A DNA stretch of 63,877 nt, counting the filler, from Octopus bimaculoides (lineage: Eukaryota): the NCBI RefSeq assembly GCF_001194135.2. It is 7 parts of 7 records of this genome, joined end to end, with 100 filler letters (N's around TTAATTAATTAA, not from the genome) between each part and the next. Parts side by side here need not be neighbours in the genome. Positions count along the whole stretch, not along the records: positions 60,246 to 63,877 come from NC_069007.1; 6 more parts are not named here. One strand, given 5' to 3'. Below, piece by piece: positions 63,655 to 63,877 of this stretch (its first letter is position 1; every line of letters starts with the position of its first letter). The notes under the pieces are model-generated. The model saw only the letters and a list, made by a program, of their open reading frames with translations, was not told the origin of the DNA and made no database searches. Position numbers and translations under genes: made by a program.

Positions 63655-63877
63655 TGATATATATTGCAGATATATATTTTTATACATATAAATGCACTTA
63701 TTTCCATACACACACATACACACACACACGTACAAAGATACACACACACACACATACACACATGTATACTTGTGTAAATACGCTTGTATATGTGTTTCTA
63801 TATGTTTATGTTTGAATTTAACCACATGTCGTGCATCTGTATGTATACATGTAAATACACACATACGTATATATATA

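Overview
AT-rich, microsatellite-saturated eukaryotic DNA from a gapped draft assembly. The SINE/RTE repeat repertoire looks like an octopus genome; this is recognition from memory, not a search. I cannot support any host protein-coding gene, rRNA, true tRNA or CRISPR array. Most listed ORFs are translations of (TA)n/(CA)n/(GA)n tracts or N gaps. The window is a mobile-element graveyard: RTE LINEs (one family with a C4HC3 PHD-like finger inside the RT), R4/Dong-type RLE LINEs next to (TAA)n, an L1/Tx1 fragment, a Penelope-like RT-thumb/GIY-YIG remnant, mariner, two Tigger/pogo copies, a hAT-Buster fossil, a piggyBac-type MITE and many tRNA-derived SINEs. The main finding is about ten candidate minimal type I hammerhead ribozymes (CUGANGA...GAAA-N-palindrome-N-UH), found and folded by eye, in several unrelated sequence families. 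One has an intact core and a ~100-nt extended stem II domain (57269-57404, minus). Several sit in ORF-less fold-back elements in which an inverted partial copy lies 5' of the ribozyme and breaks off in or next to it, including a ~530-bp near-perfect palindrome. These are probably Penelope pLTR derivatives. All structures are manual predictions and cleavage activity is untested.
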